Positions 33,191 through 45,385 of a DNA stretch of 64,000 bases are shown here, piece after piece. The notes under the pieces are model-generated. The model saw nothing but the letters and a program-made list of their open reading frames with translations, did not search any database and was not told the origin of the DNA. This stretch comes from an uncultured Planctomycetaceae bacterium (GTDB lineage: Bacteria > Planctomycetota > Planctomycetia > Pirellulales > PALSA-1355), in NCBI GenBank assembly GCA_963785305.1, contig CAWAUV010000007.1:800001-864000 (forward strand), in the 5' to 3' direction. A program made the position numbers and the translations under genes. How positions within the stretch are numbered: position 1 is the stretch's first letter; every line of letters starts with the position of its first letter.

Positions 33191-35159
33191 GAAGTGGGTA
33201 CGTTATATCCTCACCGCCGAGTTCCTCTCGGATGCCCAGCTCGGCTCAGGCTCGGGAGGAGGTGGCATCGACGCGCTCATCGCACGCGATCGCCATGACC
33301 GCCCCGTCATCTGGGCTTCGCATGTCGAGGGGGTGCTGCGCGACGCCGCACGCAGGCTTCGCGGTGATAAAGAAGCCGGGAAGTTCTTCGGGCGAGCTGG
33401 CGGCGAGCAACAATGCGCCGTCTTCACTTCGCTCTACGCGAAAGAAAACCCCGAGAGCCACATTTGGTGCTCGACCGCTCGCGAGGCATTCGACAACCGC
33501 GCGCCGAAGGACGACACACTTCGACTCATCGAATATGTGCCCAAGGGCGCCAAGCTCGCCGGCGAGGTCGAAATGCCCGCGAGCGACGTGCCGATGTTGC
33601 GGCGGCTCGTGCAAGAGGTCGACGCGCTCGGCGGGGGCCGGTCGACGGGCGCTGGTCGGGTGAAACTCACGCTCTCGGAGATCATGACCACGACGCGCAA
33701 AATGGGCACTGGGACGGGACGCCTCGTGCTTCTGCTCAAGAACCGCGATCCGCTCTGCATCACCGCGACGGCGACACCCGACAACCTGATACCGAGCCTC
33801 GCGTTTGTGCCGGGTCGCGCGCTGCTCGGCGCGGTCGCTGCGTGGCTCATCGCCGAGGGCGATCGTGAAACCGCCTCGCTGCTCACGTCGGGGAAGGTCT
33901 CGGTGAGTGACGCGCTACCGCTTCCCCCGGACCTCGCTCGGCTTGAGGGCGTGGATGCTCCGGCCAAGCTTGAGTGCGTGGAGGTGCTGCCCGCGCCGCT
34001 CGCGGTCCAGAGTGAGAAGCCAAAGGGCGCGGCGAGTGAGATCCCCTGGTGGGCGCAGCCAACCGCGCAGGCGACGCGGCTCAATGCGTGGGATGCGCAA
34101 GAAAAGCTCAAGCGGCCAGAGGACGATCTCTTCGTCTACCGCGCAAGTCCGAGCGAGGCGTGGACAACGTTTAAGCCCCCGCGCAGGGTGCGATTACGCA
34201 ACGGCCGGCCCGATCCCCAGCAGGCCGGCGCGTCGCTCTTCGCCATCGAGCAGATCGTCGAGGAGACGCACTTCCTCGTCGAGCTTCATGGTTTGCCCGA
34301 GGATCTGAAGAAGGTCGCGGAGAAGCTGGGGCCCGTGCTCGAAAGGCGACGCTGGCTGCGCATCGGTCGCGCGGGAGCGCCGGTCGAGGTGGTTCACGTC
34401 GCGTGGTCGAAGGCTCATGCCGCGACAATGCCCACGGACAAGGCACTACTCACGCTGACCTCCGATCTCCTCGTGCGCGACATGCATTTGCGCTGGAGAA
34501 CGGCACTTGATGCAGACGCGATCAAGGCTCTGTTTGGCGATGAAGTTCAGCTTGGTAAGGCGCTGCAAGACAGCGTCATGGTCCACGGCTTCAACGGAAC
34601 CTCGCGCCTATGGCGCATGCCCGCGGCGGCGATTCGACGCGGTTCCGTGTTCGAGGTGTCGGGTACCGGTGTTGCGAAGCTTGCGGAGCGGGCCGCGAAG
34701 AACGAGTGGCTCGGCGAACGCACGCACGAGGGCTTTGGACGTTTTCGTATCGATGAATTGCTTCCCGGCGTAACTGGCGAAACTCCCGCGAGCAGTGCGC
34801 ACACGCCTGCCGCCGACAGCGCGGAGGATGTCATCGCGGCGGAGACCAAGACGTGGTTCAATCGGCACAAGTCGCTTGCGGAGAGCGACAAGAAAGACCA
34901 TGCCGGCCGCAAGCCGCCGAGTTTATCGCAGTGGTTCGATCTGGTCGCGGATCTCGAACGAGGCAGCGAGACCGCGCTCACAAGCCGCCTCACCCCGACC
35001 ACCGCGGGCGGCCAGAATTGGAAGCACGTGGACGCGCGGGCGATTCTTGGCAAGCTCAACGACATGGCGCCGCGACCGGAGCAACGAGCTCTTTACGTTC
35101 GTTTCTTCGTCCGCTGGCTTCGCGCCGACATGCGCGAGAAAGCGAAGGAGACCCGATGA
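33183..35159 (+). CDS. Cas7-Cas5-Cas11 fusion (III-D2/III-Dv-like)
   Basis: Cas7 RAMP (LSDAQLGSGSG..ID..RPVIWASHVEGVLR; G-loop LGGGRSTGAG), Cas5/Csx10 RAMP (FVPGRALLGA; LGERTHEGFG), and a helical C-terminus with PPSLSQW. Confidence 0.8.
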   Translation: MPKKWVRYILTAEFLSDAQLGSGSGGGGIDALIARDRHDRPVIWASHVEGVLRDAARRLRGDKEAGKFFGRAGGEQQCAVFTSLYAKENPESHIWCSTAREAFDNRAPKDDTLRLIEYVPKGAKLAGEVEMPASDVPMLRRLVQEVDALGGGRSTGAGRVKLTLSEIMTTTRKMGTGTGRLVLLLKNRDPLCITATATPDNLIPSLAFVPGRALLGAVAAWLIAEGDRETASLLTSGKVSVSDALPLPPDLARLEGVDAPAKLECVEVLPAPLAVQSEKPKGAASEIPWWAQPTAQATRLNAWDAQEKLKRPEDDLFVYRASPSEAWTTFKPPRRVRLRNGRPDPQQAGASLFAIEQIVEETHFLVELHGLPEDLKKVAEKLGPVLERRRWLRIGRAGAPVEVVHVAWSKAHAATMPTDKALLTLTSDLLVRDMHLRWRTALDADAIKALFGDEVQLGKALQDSVMVHGFNGTSRLWRMPAAAIRRGSVFEVSGTGVAKLAERAAKNEWLGERTHEGFGRFRIDELLPGVTGETPASSAHTPAADSAEDVIAAETKTWFNRHKSLAESDKKDHAGRKPPSLSQWFDLVADLERGSETALTSRLTPTTAGGQNWKHVDARAILGKLNDMAPRPEQRALYVRFFVRWLRADMREKAKETR

Positions 35160-37059
35160 CCACGAAGCTCACGCTTTTTACCGCCACCCTCGTTCAGGAC
35201 TCGGCGCTCTCGGTATCGGGCCTGGTTCGCGAGACGAGCGCGGACCAGCCGTTCGCGCTCGTCGACGGTGTGCCGACGCTCGTGGGGCGCGGCCTCAAGG
35301 GCGCGGCTGTCGCCATGGCCAAGCGATTCTTCGACCCGCTGCCGCGCGCTGTCTCCGACGACATCAAGCATGGCGCCCTGCGCCGCTCGGCATGGGAGTT
35401 TGCCGATGCGACTGCGACTGGAGTTCCACGCCTTCGCGCCGGCGTCGGCATTCGTCAGAAAACGGGCGCGCGTGCGGGCGGCGTGCTCCACGACCGCGAG
35501 GTTATCCCCGCCGGCACGAGGTGGCAGCTCAGCGTCCGCGTCGACTGGTCGCAGATCCCGGAAGAAAAGCGTGACGACGAAGATCGCCAGACAGAAGGCA
35601 TCCTTGGTTATGTGCTCGCCGAGCACTGGGCCAAGGGGCGCTGCTGGATCGGAGGCGGTGTTGCCCGCGGTCTGGGCTGGTGTCACATCGACGAACTGAA
35701 GGTATACCGCTTCGACGAGGCCAGCTACGAAGAATGGATCGAGGCCGGGCGTCCACGCGAGCCCAACATAAGCGCTGTCGCGACGCCCATCGTCTCGCCC
35801 ACGCGCTCGTGGTGCTTTCGCACGCTCGATGTGAACATCGCTTTCGGCGAATACAAACCCGAACTGGATGATCCCGCGTGGGGCCTCGACATGTTCGCGG
35901 TCGGCCCCCACGACACCGAGCGCGCCATGCAGCTCACGGGCGACGGCGCGTGGGCCAAGCCCGCATGGGCGGTGAATGCGAGCACGCCCGACGCACTTGG
36001 CACCGATCGCGCGCTCCTCATGGAGGACGGCCGACCGCTGCTGCCAGGCGCAAGCGTGCGAGGGCCGCTGCGGCATGCGTTTTCGCGATTGGAACGCGCC
36101 GCGGGGCACGATGTGAAAGATCCGCACCTCGTGCAGGGCAACGTCGGCCCAGACGATCCCGCGGGCCAAGCCTTCGGCACGGTGAACCACAGCAGCCGCA
36201 TTCTGATGCGCAACGCGCGCGCCGAAGGCGCTGGTACGCGGCGAAGCTGCACATGCACGCGGAGGATGAGTTCTCGGCGAGCACGTACGGAAACTCGAAG
36301 CGAGATGCGGTGCGCATGCTCCAGGGCGTGTTTCCGGTGCGCATCGTCGTCGAGGGCGGGACTATCCAGGATGTCGATCCGCTCGTGAAGCTCGTCGATC
36401 GTCAGGTCGCGCTCGGCTCGCTTGGGCATCTGCTGGTCGGCGGCCATAAAACTCGCGGCGCAGGCGCGGGCCGCTGGCAAGCAAATTCGTGGGTCAACGA
36501 CGACGTGACCAAGGCGCCGGACCGGATTCCGCCGAAAGAGCCCGAGAAGCAAACGGCGATCAGCTCGCACTCGCAGCATGGCTTTATCGATCGCCCAGAC
36601 GACACCGAGGCTTGGGTGAAGACAACGAACGGCACGATCGCGGAAGCCCTCACGCTCGGCGGGGCCGCGAGACTCGCGAAAGCCGCGCTCGGCGAGAAGC
36701 TGGTCGCCTGGTGGTGCGATCCGACTATCGACCTCGACTTGGACACCCCGCCCGCCACGTTCGGCGCCACATGGCCCAGCGAAGACGCCAGGCTTCAGGT
36801 CGATGAGGTCGCTTTCTACGCGGAGCGCGCGGTCTGGCGGGCCGCGCGCACGTCGAACGGCCCACGCTTCGTGCTTATCAAGGAAGTCCTGTCGAATGTG
36901 GGCGACGCGAAACGGACCGACGTGGTTCATACGCCCGCACGCCTGCACGGCTTCAAGCGTTTCACTTCGAACAACACCGGCGAGGCCAGCGTGCTGCTGC
37001 GCGAGTGGCACGTCGGCGACGAGATCCTCGGCTTTACCATCACCAAGGAGCAACGCTGA
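35156..37059 (+). CDS. Cas7-Cas7 tandem RAMP fused to a Csx19-like C-terminal domain; frameshift ~36230
   Basis: Two RAMPs (G-loops IGGGVARGLG and VGGHKTRGAG; PLLPGASVRGPLRH) followed without a stop by a ~170-aa domain with DEVAFY..AVWRA and LLREW. Confidence 0.7.
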
Positions 37060-39535
37060 TGCCCGGCAAACCCGACAAGCAGCACCGCATTCGCGTTCGC
37101 ACGCTCGACGGCAAGCCGCGCGATGCCAAAGACTTTAACAAACTGAAAAGCAATCAGTTCGGAATGCCCCATCTCGACATCGTCGCCACCTCGGCCACGT
37201 CCGAATTCATCATCTGCGCACGAAGGAGACGCATATTGAGCACGTGCGGACGAAGCTCGGAGGCGCGGGGCTCGAAGAGATGGTCGGTGGCGATACGACC
37301 ATCGCGTCCGCCACCGCGGCAAAGTCGAAACGCACAGAGCAAACGCGTCGACATGGTATTAAGGGCCAGTCTTCGCGCGGTGGTGATGGCCAGAGCCAGC
37401 AACACGACGGCTCCACTGCCCCAGCGACGCATGCCCCTGATCTGAACCGAAAGCCCTATGGCTTCGTCTCGCTTCCGAAGGATCCGAAGGAGCTGACGAC
37501 CGCGCCGCCGATCTGGCACGACGGCACGAGCTGCACGGTCCGTCACTCCGGTGAGATCCGTTTCGAGCTGGAGACGCTGACGCCGCTCCTCGTCGGTTGG
37601 GAGCGGCAGACGCTCGACGCGAGTGAGCACGCGTGGACGATTCCGTTCCGAAAGGTGAGTCGCAACGAATGCGGTACATTCGTCCGTGCGGCCGCGTCCG
37701 CCATATACGCAGACGCCGCCGACCCCGACGAACAGAAGCGGCAAAAGAATCAGCGGAAGGTCGAGGAAAACCGACGCAAGCATATCGACCGAGTTCAAGA
37801 CCACATTGTTGACGCGCAGGTTCAGGCCGCGGGCTGGAGCATCGATTCGAAGTCGGTGCTCTGCCCGCTGCGCGCGCCGTGGGGCAGGCGGCCCGTCATC
37901 ATTCCCGGCGACTCGCTCAAGGGATTTCTGCGTCATGAGTTGGGCGCGCTCCTCGGCGCCCCGATGGAGCGAGTTGCCGAGCGATCATACTCGTACCGCC
38001 CGAACGCGATGTTTGCGCGGGAAGCCCAGTTCATTCCGCGTATCGCGCGTGTGCCGGATGACGGCATCGAAATGAAGCCGCTCGACGGCCAAACGCGGGT
38101 TCGTGTGCCCACGAAGCTCGAACTTCTGCCGACAAACCTTCGGTACGATAGACGGCGCGAGCAGAACGCGAACTACTACCGTTTTGATGACGGCGACGGC
38201 GCCGCATACCGTGGCGGTCAGGGAGCGGGGCAGAAACTCAACTCGAAGCGCAACCTTCACACAAGGCTCACCGCCAATCCGAGCCAGCCGACCCAAACAG
38301 AGACGCTCTCCCAGTCCGTTCAAGAGGGTTACCTCGCTACAGTGCGACACCTGATCGATCTTGATCACGGCCACTTTTCTTCGCGTCATCCTGACATCAT
38401 CACGAAGGCGATTACCAGCGACGCCGCCCGACAACGCATCCGCAAGGCCGCGCGGGACGAGGTCTTCCAACCCGGCGATCTCGTCTGGGTCGAGTGGGAC
38501 GCTGTGAGGAAGTGCATTGTCTCGCTCGGTTGGCACTATTACTACCGCTGGGCCTATGCCGACTCGGTCCGCAAGACCGGTGGCAAGCTCGAACGGCACG
38601 GGCTCTTCCCGCTCGCCGCCGAGCGGGAAAACGACCAGGATGGCGCGCCACTGGGACTTTCCGCCGTGCGGCGACTCTTCGGTTACACCGGCGACAACGA
38701 AGGCGGCAAGGACATCGACAAGGGCGACTACGCGCAGCTCATGGGGCGAGTCTTCGTCAATGCGGCCCTCGAGGTCGTCGGCGAGAACGAGAGCGATAAC
38801 GACCGCTTCCTTGAGCCGACCTTCCTCAAGGAGCTGGGCATGCCCCGGCCAAGCGCTGTCGAGCACTATCTCAAGCAGCCGTATCACCCGAAATCGCGGC
38901 CCTCCGACAACGCCACGCTCGTCACCTATGGTGACGCCACGGGTTACGATGCGCCCGGCAAGCTCGCTGGCCGCAAGTTCTACCTCGATCGCCAGGACGC
39001 TTATTCGGGCAAACCCTGGGAAGATGCTTCCGAAGCCAATAGACAAAACGACCGAAGCACGCTGGCGTTCGAGGCGTCGAAGCCGGGTCGCAAATTCCGC
39101 TTCACGCTTCGCTTCCGCGATCTCGAAGGCCCCGAGTTGGCCGCGATCCTCATCGCCCTCTGCCCCAACCAGTTCAAGGACGTGCTCGGCGGCATGCTCG
39201 GCGGCACGCACACCGACGGCTACTGCTCGAAGCTCGGCTACGCGCGACCGCTTGGCTGGGGCAGCGTGCGCATCGAGGCCAAGACGCTCCTATTCCTCGA
39301 TGTAGCAAGCGAAACCCCCACGCTGAAGCCGGAGGCCGACCTCGACGCCTGGGTGACGAAGAACCACGGGAAGACGGCGAGGCAGGACGAGTGGCGCGAC
39401 ATCCATCGTCGCAGCCATCCGGACGCAGCGGACTATCCGCGTGCCAAAGATCGCGACGGCAACGAGAACATCCACACCTACCACACGAACTTGCGCGCCA
39501 ATCACTCGCGCAACCGCCGATACAAGAAAGGGTGA
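37059..39535 (+). CDS. Cas7 with large insertion (TIGR03986-like RAMP); frameshift ~37230
   Basis: PYGFVSL, SGEIRFELETLTPLLVG, IIPGDSLKGFLR, RLFGY, GRKFY, KLGYARPLGWGSV. Confidence 0.88.
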
Positions 39536-39540
39536 CTATC

Positions 39541-41051
39541 ATGGCGACACTCCTCATCATGGCCGTCGGCCAAACAGACGTGCAACTCGTCGTCGACAAC
39601 CAGCGATACAAACTTGACGGCAAAACCTGCGGCGAGTTGCACGACGCCATCAATGAGCGTGCCTGGTCCGTGGCCGATGTTCCGAACCAGTCGGGCGCCA
39701 ACAAGATCGAATCCATCAAATTCGAAGGCTTGCCACAACGAGTCGTGCAACTCTGCACGCCAAAGCTCGATGCCGTTCTCTCACGCATCGGCGACTTGGC
39801 GTCGACGTCGGCCCTCATCTTGGAGACCATACGAAATCATGCGAGTGACCCTCGACGGGCGGGCGAATTCCTGGAACGCCGCCTTCGCGATCGCGGCGTC
39901 GACGAGGTGATCCGAGCGCCGTTCTTGATCGGCAACGAACGGCTTGAAGACCCGTCGAACGATGTCGACGCTGTTGTCCGGAGAACCGTCGTCGCTTGGC
40001 TCTCGAAAGCTATCGGAAAGCAGGTCGAGCAATTCAATAGAAACGACACCGTTTTCGTCGCCACGACCGGCGGTCTAGCTGCCGCCAACGAGCTCATCAA
40101 CGAACTGGTTCGCCTACACGCCGTCGGCGGACCGACGGTTACCGCGCTGGAAGTGCCCGATGGGAACTTCGCCGTGCAAGACGATCGTGCCGTGGAGGAG
40201 AAGTTTCACCCGGCGGCGGGCTACCGGGCGCGCTGGCACGCCCTCTCGCTCGTCGAAAACGGCAACTTTCTGGCGCATGGGGAGCGGTGAGCCATCTCGA
40301 GGGCGCGCCTGGTCAGGAGTGGACCGATGTCATCAAGTGGTTGGCGCTTTTCGCATCGTCGCTGCCACTACCCAAAGACTGTGACCTCCCGGTTCTGGGC
40401 CACCAGCGCATGGCGGTGCGAGCCGCGCTGCGTGTCGAACTGGCACTTCGCGCGGGCGATATCCCGAGAGCAATCCACGGCACGGTGGCGTTCTTCGAAT
40501 CGGCGCTGTGGGATTATCTTAATGAGCGCTTCGAGCGCTCTTCGGATCCCAAAAAACGCCGTTTTTTCAGGGTCAAGACCGGTGATGCTCCGAATGGAGA
40601 GAAGCTCCTCCGGAAAGGCGACGGCTCCAATGAAGATCGGAAGTGCCCGTTCGAGCTGAAGGAGACCGCCGACGGTGTCGATTGGTACTGGGTCTACGAT
40701 GGCGATGGCGGTCCCGCCGCGCACTTGGCCAAATACTTCATTCAGAGCGAAGCGATGACGAAGTTCGACAGCGCTCTCGGACGCCACGTTCGCGAACTCC
40801 GCAACGACGTCGCGCACGACGAGCCCACGCCAGAAATGATGGACTCTGCACGGACTTGCATGCAGGCCGCCAATCTCTGGTCGACCGACGACAAATTCCT
40901 GGGCCAGCCGCTCGTCCAAGAGGTGCTGAATGCACTCGGCGAGTCGTCTCTCGGGGAGCTTTGCAAAAATTTGATGTCGACCGTTCGGGAGTATTTACAG
41001 GACCGACGTCGTGAAACGGACGACGGACTCAACCAACCGTCGATTCTTTGA
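39541..41051 (+). CDS. CARF-HEPN ancillary ribonuclease (Csm6/Csx1-like); frameshift ~40270
   Basis: N-terminal LLIMAVGQTDVQ and VATTGG CARF-like motifs; C-terminal HEPN RNDVAH (RxxxxH). Confidence 0.8.
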
Positions 41052-42678
41052 AGTTTGTTCAACGAGAGCCACGAATATCACCGGCTAAAATAAAGTGGCC
41101 CGGCCTGAAATCGACCTCGATCCGTACATGTCCAGCGAATTCAAGACTCGCCGCAATAGCGCCGTTCACCCGCCCGGGGACGGCGTCGAGATCGACGTTC
41201 CGGCGAATCGGCTCTGAAATGATTGGCCGCTTGGCCGCGAGCATCACGCGCGACAACGGCATGACGCGCGAGGGCGTGAGAAGTGACGGAATCATGCGTC
41301 CGCGCGGCATCGCGGAATAGGCGACGTCGGGTGATGCTTTTTACGGAGCCGCTTGAGCGAGCGGCCATCCGGGAGCGGGCGACATGCCCTCGCTGGCCAC
41401 GCGTCTCACATGTCGCATGGATGGTGATGATCCTTTCGCGAAAGCTGCGGAAGGTGCAGCACGATTGTTGCGCGGCCGATTGTCGCGAAGCATCGCGACG
41501 AACAACGCGATCAAGGTATTGGGATCGCTCTCTGAAGAGAACCGCCACAATACCTTGATCGGAGATTGTGGACGCAAACCATTAAAAGGCAATGACTTGC
41601 CCGTTTGCATCGCGATCTTGGCGGGATGGCCGCTCGAGTTCGCGCGGGTGAAATCTTTGACTAAATCGGCGCACCGGTCTCCTTGAGCGAGTTTCTCTGG
41701 CCGCCGACCATCACTTCATATTGTATGCGAATAGGCTTGGACCGAGTGCGACCGAGGTTTTTCGGCCCGGGGCGGAGTTTCAATTAGCGCTAATCGAAGT
41801 GGCCGAGTCTCTCTCGTTTTCGACGCGACTTGACGCGGCGGGACGGCGGCGGCATTTTCAGCGTGTATAGCCGCAATCACTTTCGTGCGGCGCGATGATT
41901 GTGATCCCACGCGAACTGCCGACGCATCGAAACGCGCCTTCCGACCGCGATAGCGCCTTCCGTAAGCAGCAAACCTACGGTCGCCCGTTCGACAGACTCG
42001 CTAAATTTTCACATGAATCGTGTCATAATAACCAGAAGGGGCCCTGAGCTATCGGCTGGAGCGAGCATCAGGGTCCCGGACCGGCGACGGCACGCCGCGG
42101 GAACTTACGCATTGTTAGCCGGCATGCGGACAATTCTTCTAACATGCCGCACGCTCGTTCATGTAGGTTGTGACGCCTGCTCGCAGGGCCGGGTGAAGCG
42201 ATCGTATCTCGATCGACTAGAGTTGCCCGGTGGCCGCCGGGAATGGCACGGCTACTCGGCCAAATGCCGGTAAAACAACGAGCGGATTCGCGAGCAAGCG
42301 ACATCGTATTTCGCGCGGTCGACTCGCGTGGCGGACGAAAAGCGGATCGGGAAAAAGGCCGTGAATCGCTCCCCGCTTTCGTTCCGTCCGTTGATCGCGT
42401 CAACTTCAATGCCTTCGCCCCATAATTGCCTTGGGCTTTATCAGAAAGTCCGTTTAAGAGGCGGTTTTTCCCGAGTCGACTGCCGTACCATTATCTCCTA
42501 CTTTGCCTAGCCCGTCGATAAGTTTACCGCCGGTTAGACCGGCCTGTGTCGACGCGGCCAAAGAGCCGACGACAGATAGCAGGCGATTCCTCTTGGCGGT
42601 CGGCGCTTCGACGGATATGGTGAAAGAAGTCCATGGTTTTCAAGAAGACCGATAGAAAGAACGGCAAACGGATTTGTC

Positions 42679-43869
42679 ATGCCCGACTCTGATCGCGAAC
42701 CAACCAGAACGAATCGCGTTTTGATCACCGACGATGCCAGAGCCATGCTCGGGATGTCGGTCGAAGCTCGAAACCTCGACGACGGCTTCCCGGTCCTAGC
42801 GCACAATGCGCGGACAAGCAATGCCATGGCGCCGAATAAATACGCGGAGAACTCATGGATCAGAAACCGCTATTGTTATACATTGCCTCGCGCCCTTTGG
42901 GACGAGGTGTCCCGCCAACTCGGAGTCAACGAGCGCCGTGCTGAAATCGTCGACCTGGAGTATGCACTGTCAGAGGTCAACGGCGACCACACGGCGCGTG
43001 TGGGCTTCTGGCGTGGGATTGGAGTTGTATATCCGTATCTTCGGCGGCGAACGCCGCCGCAACTGTTGGCCGAGCACGCGCGGGCAGTGGGTTGGGGTAT
43101 CAATCAGGCGGCAATCGATCACTCGCTGCGAATCAGCGAGGAACGAGCGAATGTCTTTGCGGTGACGACAAGAGCTTATTTGGGTTGGTTGCTGGTGAAC
43201 CCGCAATTTCTCGGTGAGCATGATACGCTACTCACGGGAAATGCCGGCATGATACAGCGCTGCGGACTTGAGTGGCTGAGTCAGCCCCAAATTCCTCCAT
43301 TTGCGGTGGCTTGTGGAGATCGGGTAACTGCCGAAGAGTGGCGGGGATACCGTGCGCCGTTCCTTGAGTTTTTCCGGCGGTGGCGATTGAAAGGTCTCGC
43401 CGGGCCATACTTGCCGATCCCGCAACAACCGTTGCTGTCGGGCAATATTCCGCAAACGGTGCTGGCCGAGCTACAATGCTCGCCAAATCTGTTCTCGTTG
43501 CCGGACACGTATCCCTTGCCGAGCCGCGATATTGTGCGCGACATGTTGGGCGACGCGCTGCACGGATCAACGCTTGATGATCATTTGAGTGAGTGGCGAA
43601 AACTGATTGCAAGCGAAAATCCGGCGAAGCAAGCGAGGAAGCGTTTCGCCCGACTTTTCGAGGTGCAGCATTACTTTCGCGTTCTGCAAAGCCGTCATGG
43701 AGAGGTCATTCATCGGAGGATGGGCGTCTTGAAAGCAAGTCTCGCGTCGTTCCTTGAGGTGAGCTGTCGAACGATCGATCAAGATGTTGCGGAAATTGGG
43801 CGACGTTTGGGCGCAACGTGGGCTCATTCCCGCCATTCCTGGCCGTTCGGACCATTCTCGCCATGCTGA
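42679..43869 (+). CDS. Hypothetical protein with possible C-terminal HTH, part of the integrative-element backbone
   Basis: Intact 396-aa ORF; LASFLEVSCRTIDQDVAEI resembles an HTH. Confidence 0.65.
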   Translation: MPDSDREPTRTNRVLITDDARAMLGMSVEARNLDDGFPVLAHNARTSNAMAPNKYAENSWIRNRYCYTLPRALWDEVSRQLGVNERRAEIVDLEYALSEVNGDHTARVGFWRGIGVVYPYLRRRTPPQLLAEHARAVGWGINQAAIDHSLRISEERANVFAVTTRAYLGWLLVNPQFLGEHDTLLTGNAGMIQRCGLEWLSQPQIPPFAVACGDRVTAEEWRGYRAPFLEFFRRWRLKGLAGPYLPIPQQPLLSGNIPQTVLAELQCSPNLFSLPDTYPLPSRDIVRDMLGDALHGSTLDDHLSEWRKLIASENPAKQARKRFARLFEVQHYFRVLQSRHGEVIHRRMGVLKASLASFLEVSCRTIDQDVAEIGRRLGATWAHSRHSWPFGPFSPC

Positions 43870-44009
43870 CGGTATCTCTATCAGCGATTGCACGTTGACC
43901 ATTCTAAATCCCCCCGCGCTCTTATTCGTCGCACCGCGGGATCCGTTTGCGGCGTCGTCGCAGTCATGCAGCGGTTGCCGCAACAATTAAGAACTCCATC
44001 GGCTGAAAT

Positions 44010-45213
44010 GGGTCTATAAAACGTTCGGTGTCGAGTGGGCGGGAGAAGGTCAGTTTCTCTGTTTCGGCAGGCGGCCCTCGAACATGATCGCGAAGTATTT
44101 CATCGCCTCTTTCCAGTTGCGGATCGGCATCGTCTATTTCTTCGCCGCTCCGTGGATCGGCGGGTGGATGGTCTTCAAGTCCGATTCGTCGTTCGGGTAG
44201 ATCTTGCGGTTCCGCGTGAACTTGCGGATCACGCTGTTCACCGATTCGATCGCATTGGTCGTGTGGATCGCCTTGCGGATCGGCGCCGGGAAGTCGAACA
44301 GCGTGATGATGTCGGCCCACTTCGCGCGCCAAGCCTTGGCGATCGTCGGATATTTCGCGTCCCAAGCTTGAGCAAAAGCGTCGAACGCCTGCTAGGGTTC
44401 CAAGATCGTCGCCGCTTGATGGATCTTCTTGAGATCGGCGGCCACTCGCACGCTGTCTTGCGTGCTCACATAGCGCAAGGCCGCGCGCACCGAGATGCAC
44501 GATGCGGTGCTGGGCCTTTGTTTGACGCTGCGCCAGGCGGCCATTCTCGCCGCGCGCACGCACCACGATTCCGTCGAAGTACATGATCGGCCACACGCTT
44601 TCCAGTGTCCGCGTGCGCCAGGCGGTCGCTTCGGCGTTCAGATCGGGCATGATTCCGGAGATCAGGCCGCCGACACTTCGGCGCCATAAAACTGCGCGAC
44701 ACTGTCTTGGATGTCGCGGGTCGTCATGCCCTTGGCATGCGGCGCGAGAATCTTTTCGTCGAAGCCCGGCACGCGTCACTGTTGCTTGCCGATCAGTTGC
44801 GGCTCGAAGGTTCCATCGCGATCGCGCGGCGTGATGAGGGTCAGCTCGCCGACGCTGCCTTGGACCGTCTTTTGGGAACGGCCGTTGCGGCGATTCGGCG
44901 GACGCTTCTTGGCGCCGATCGCCGGCTCGCTTGCGCCCACGGTGGGCTCCGCGGTCGGTTCGCCGCCGACCAGGGCCTTGCGTGCGAGGTGAGCGTCCAT
45001 CCCGGTATTCAGCATCCGCTCGAGCGCGGATTTCATCATCAACCGCGGCAGGCAGTCGGGGTCTTCCACGGTCGAGTGCTGGCTAGCGAAATCATTCTGC
45101 TAGCTGTGCGGTTCGCGAGCGGAGCGAGGCATCCGTGCGTCAGTCTCCTGTTCAGAAAAAGGCGCGGCACAATACCACTCTCCGCTAGCTGACAGAAGCG
45201 TCGTGACAGGGCC
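44010..45213 (-). mobile_element. Degraded IS256-family element with 8-bp target-site duplication GCTGAAAT (44002-44009, 45214-45221)
   Basis: Transposase fragments RRNGRSQKTV..GELTLITPRDRDGTFEPQ and PIMYFDGIVV; multiple disruptions and a deletion; imperfect GG...CC ends. Confidence 0.9.
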
Positions 45214-45385
45214 GCTGAAATGCGCAGTCAGCTTCCGCGCTACCTGCGCTGACGAAACAGCGCTTGCCGCGCAATCATTGTATTGTCGATTCACTGTTCG
45301 CCGCGGCAAAAAACGCCGGGGCGGCACGTCGAGACAACATCGGCTTGCGCGATCGGTCGATCATTCCTCCCGAGCGGATTTCATC

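Noticed and set aside
41052..42600. Short ORFs between the CARF-HEPN gene and the integrase module
   Set aside because: No recognisable motifs and interrupted by stops; possibly decayed DNA. No att copy or repeat seen.
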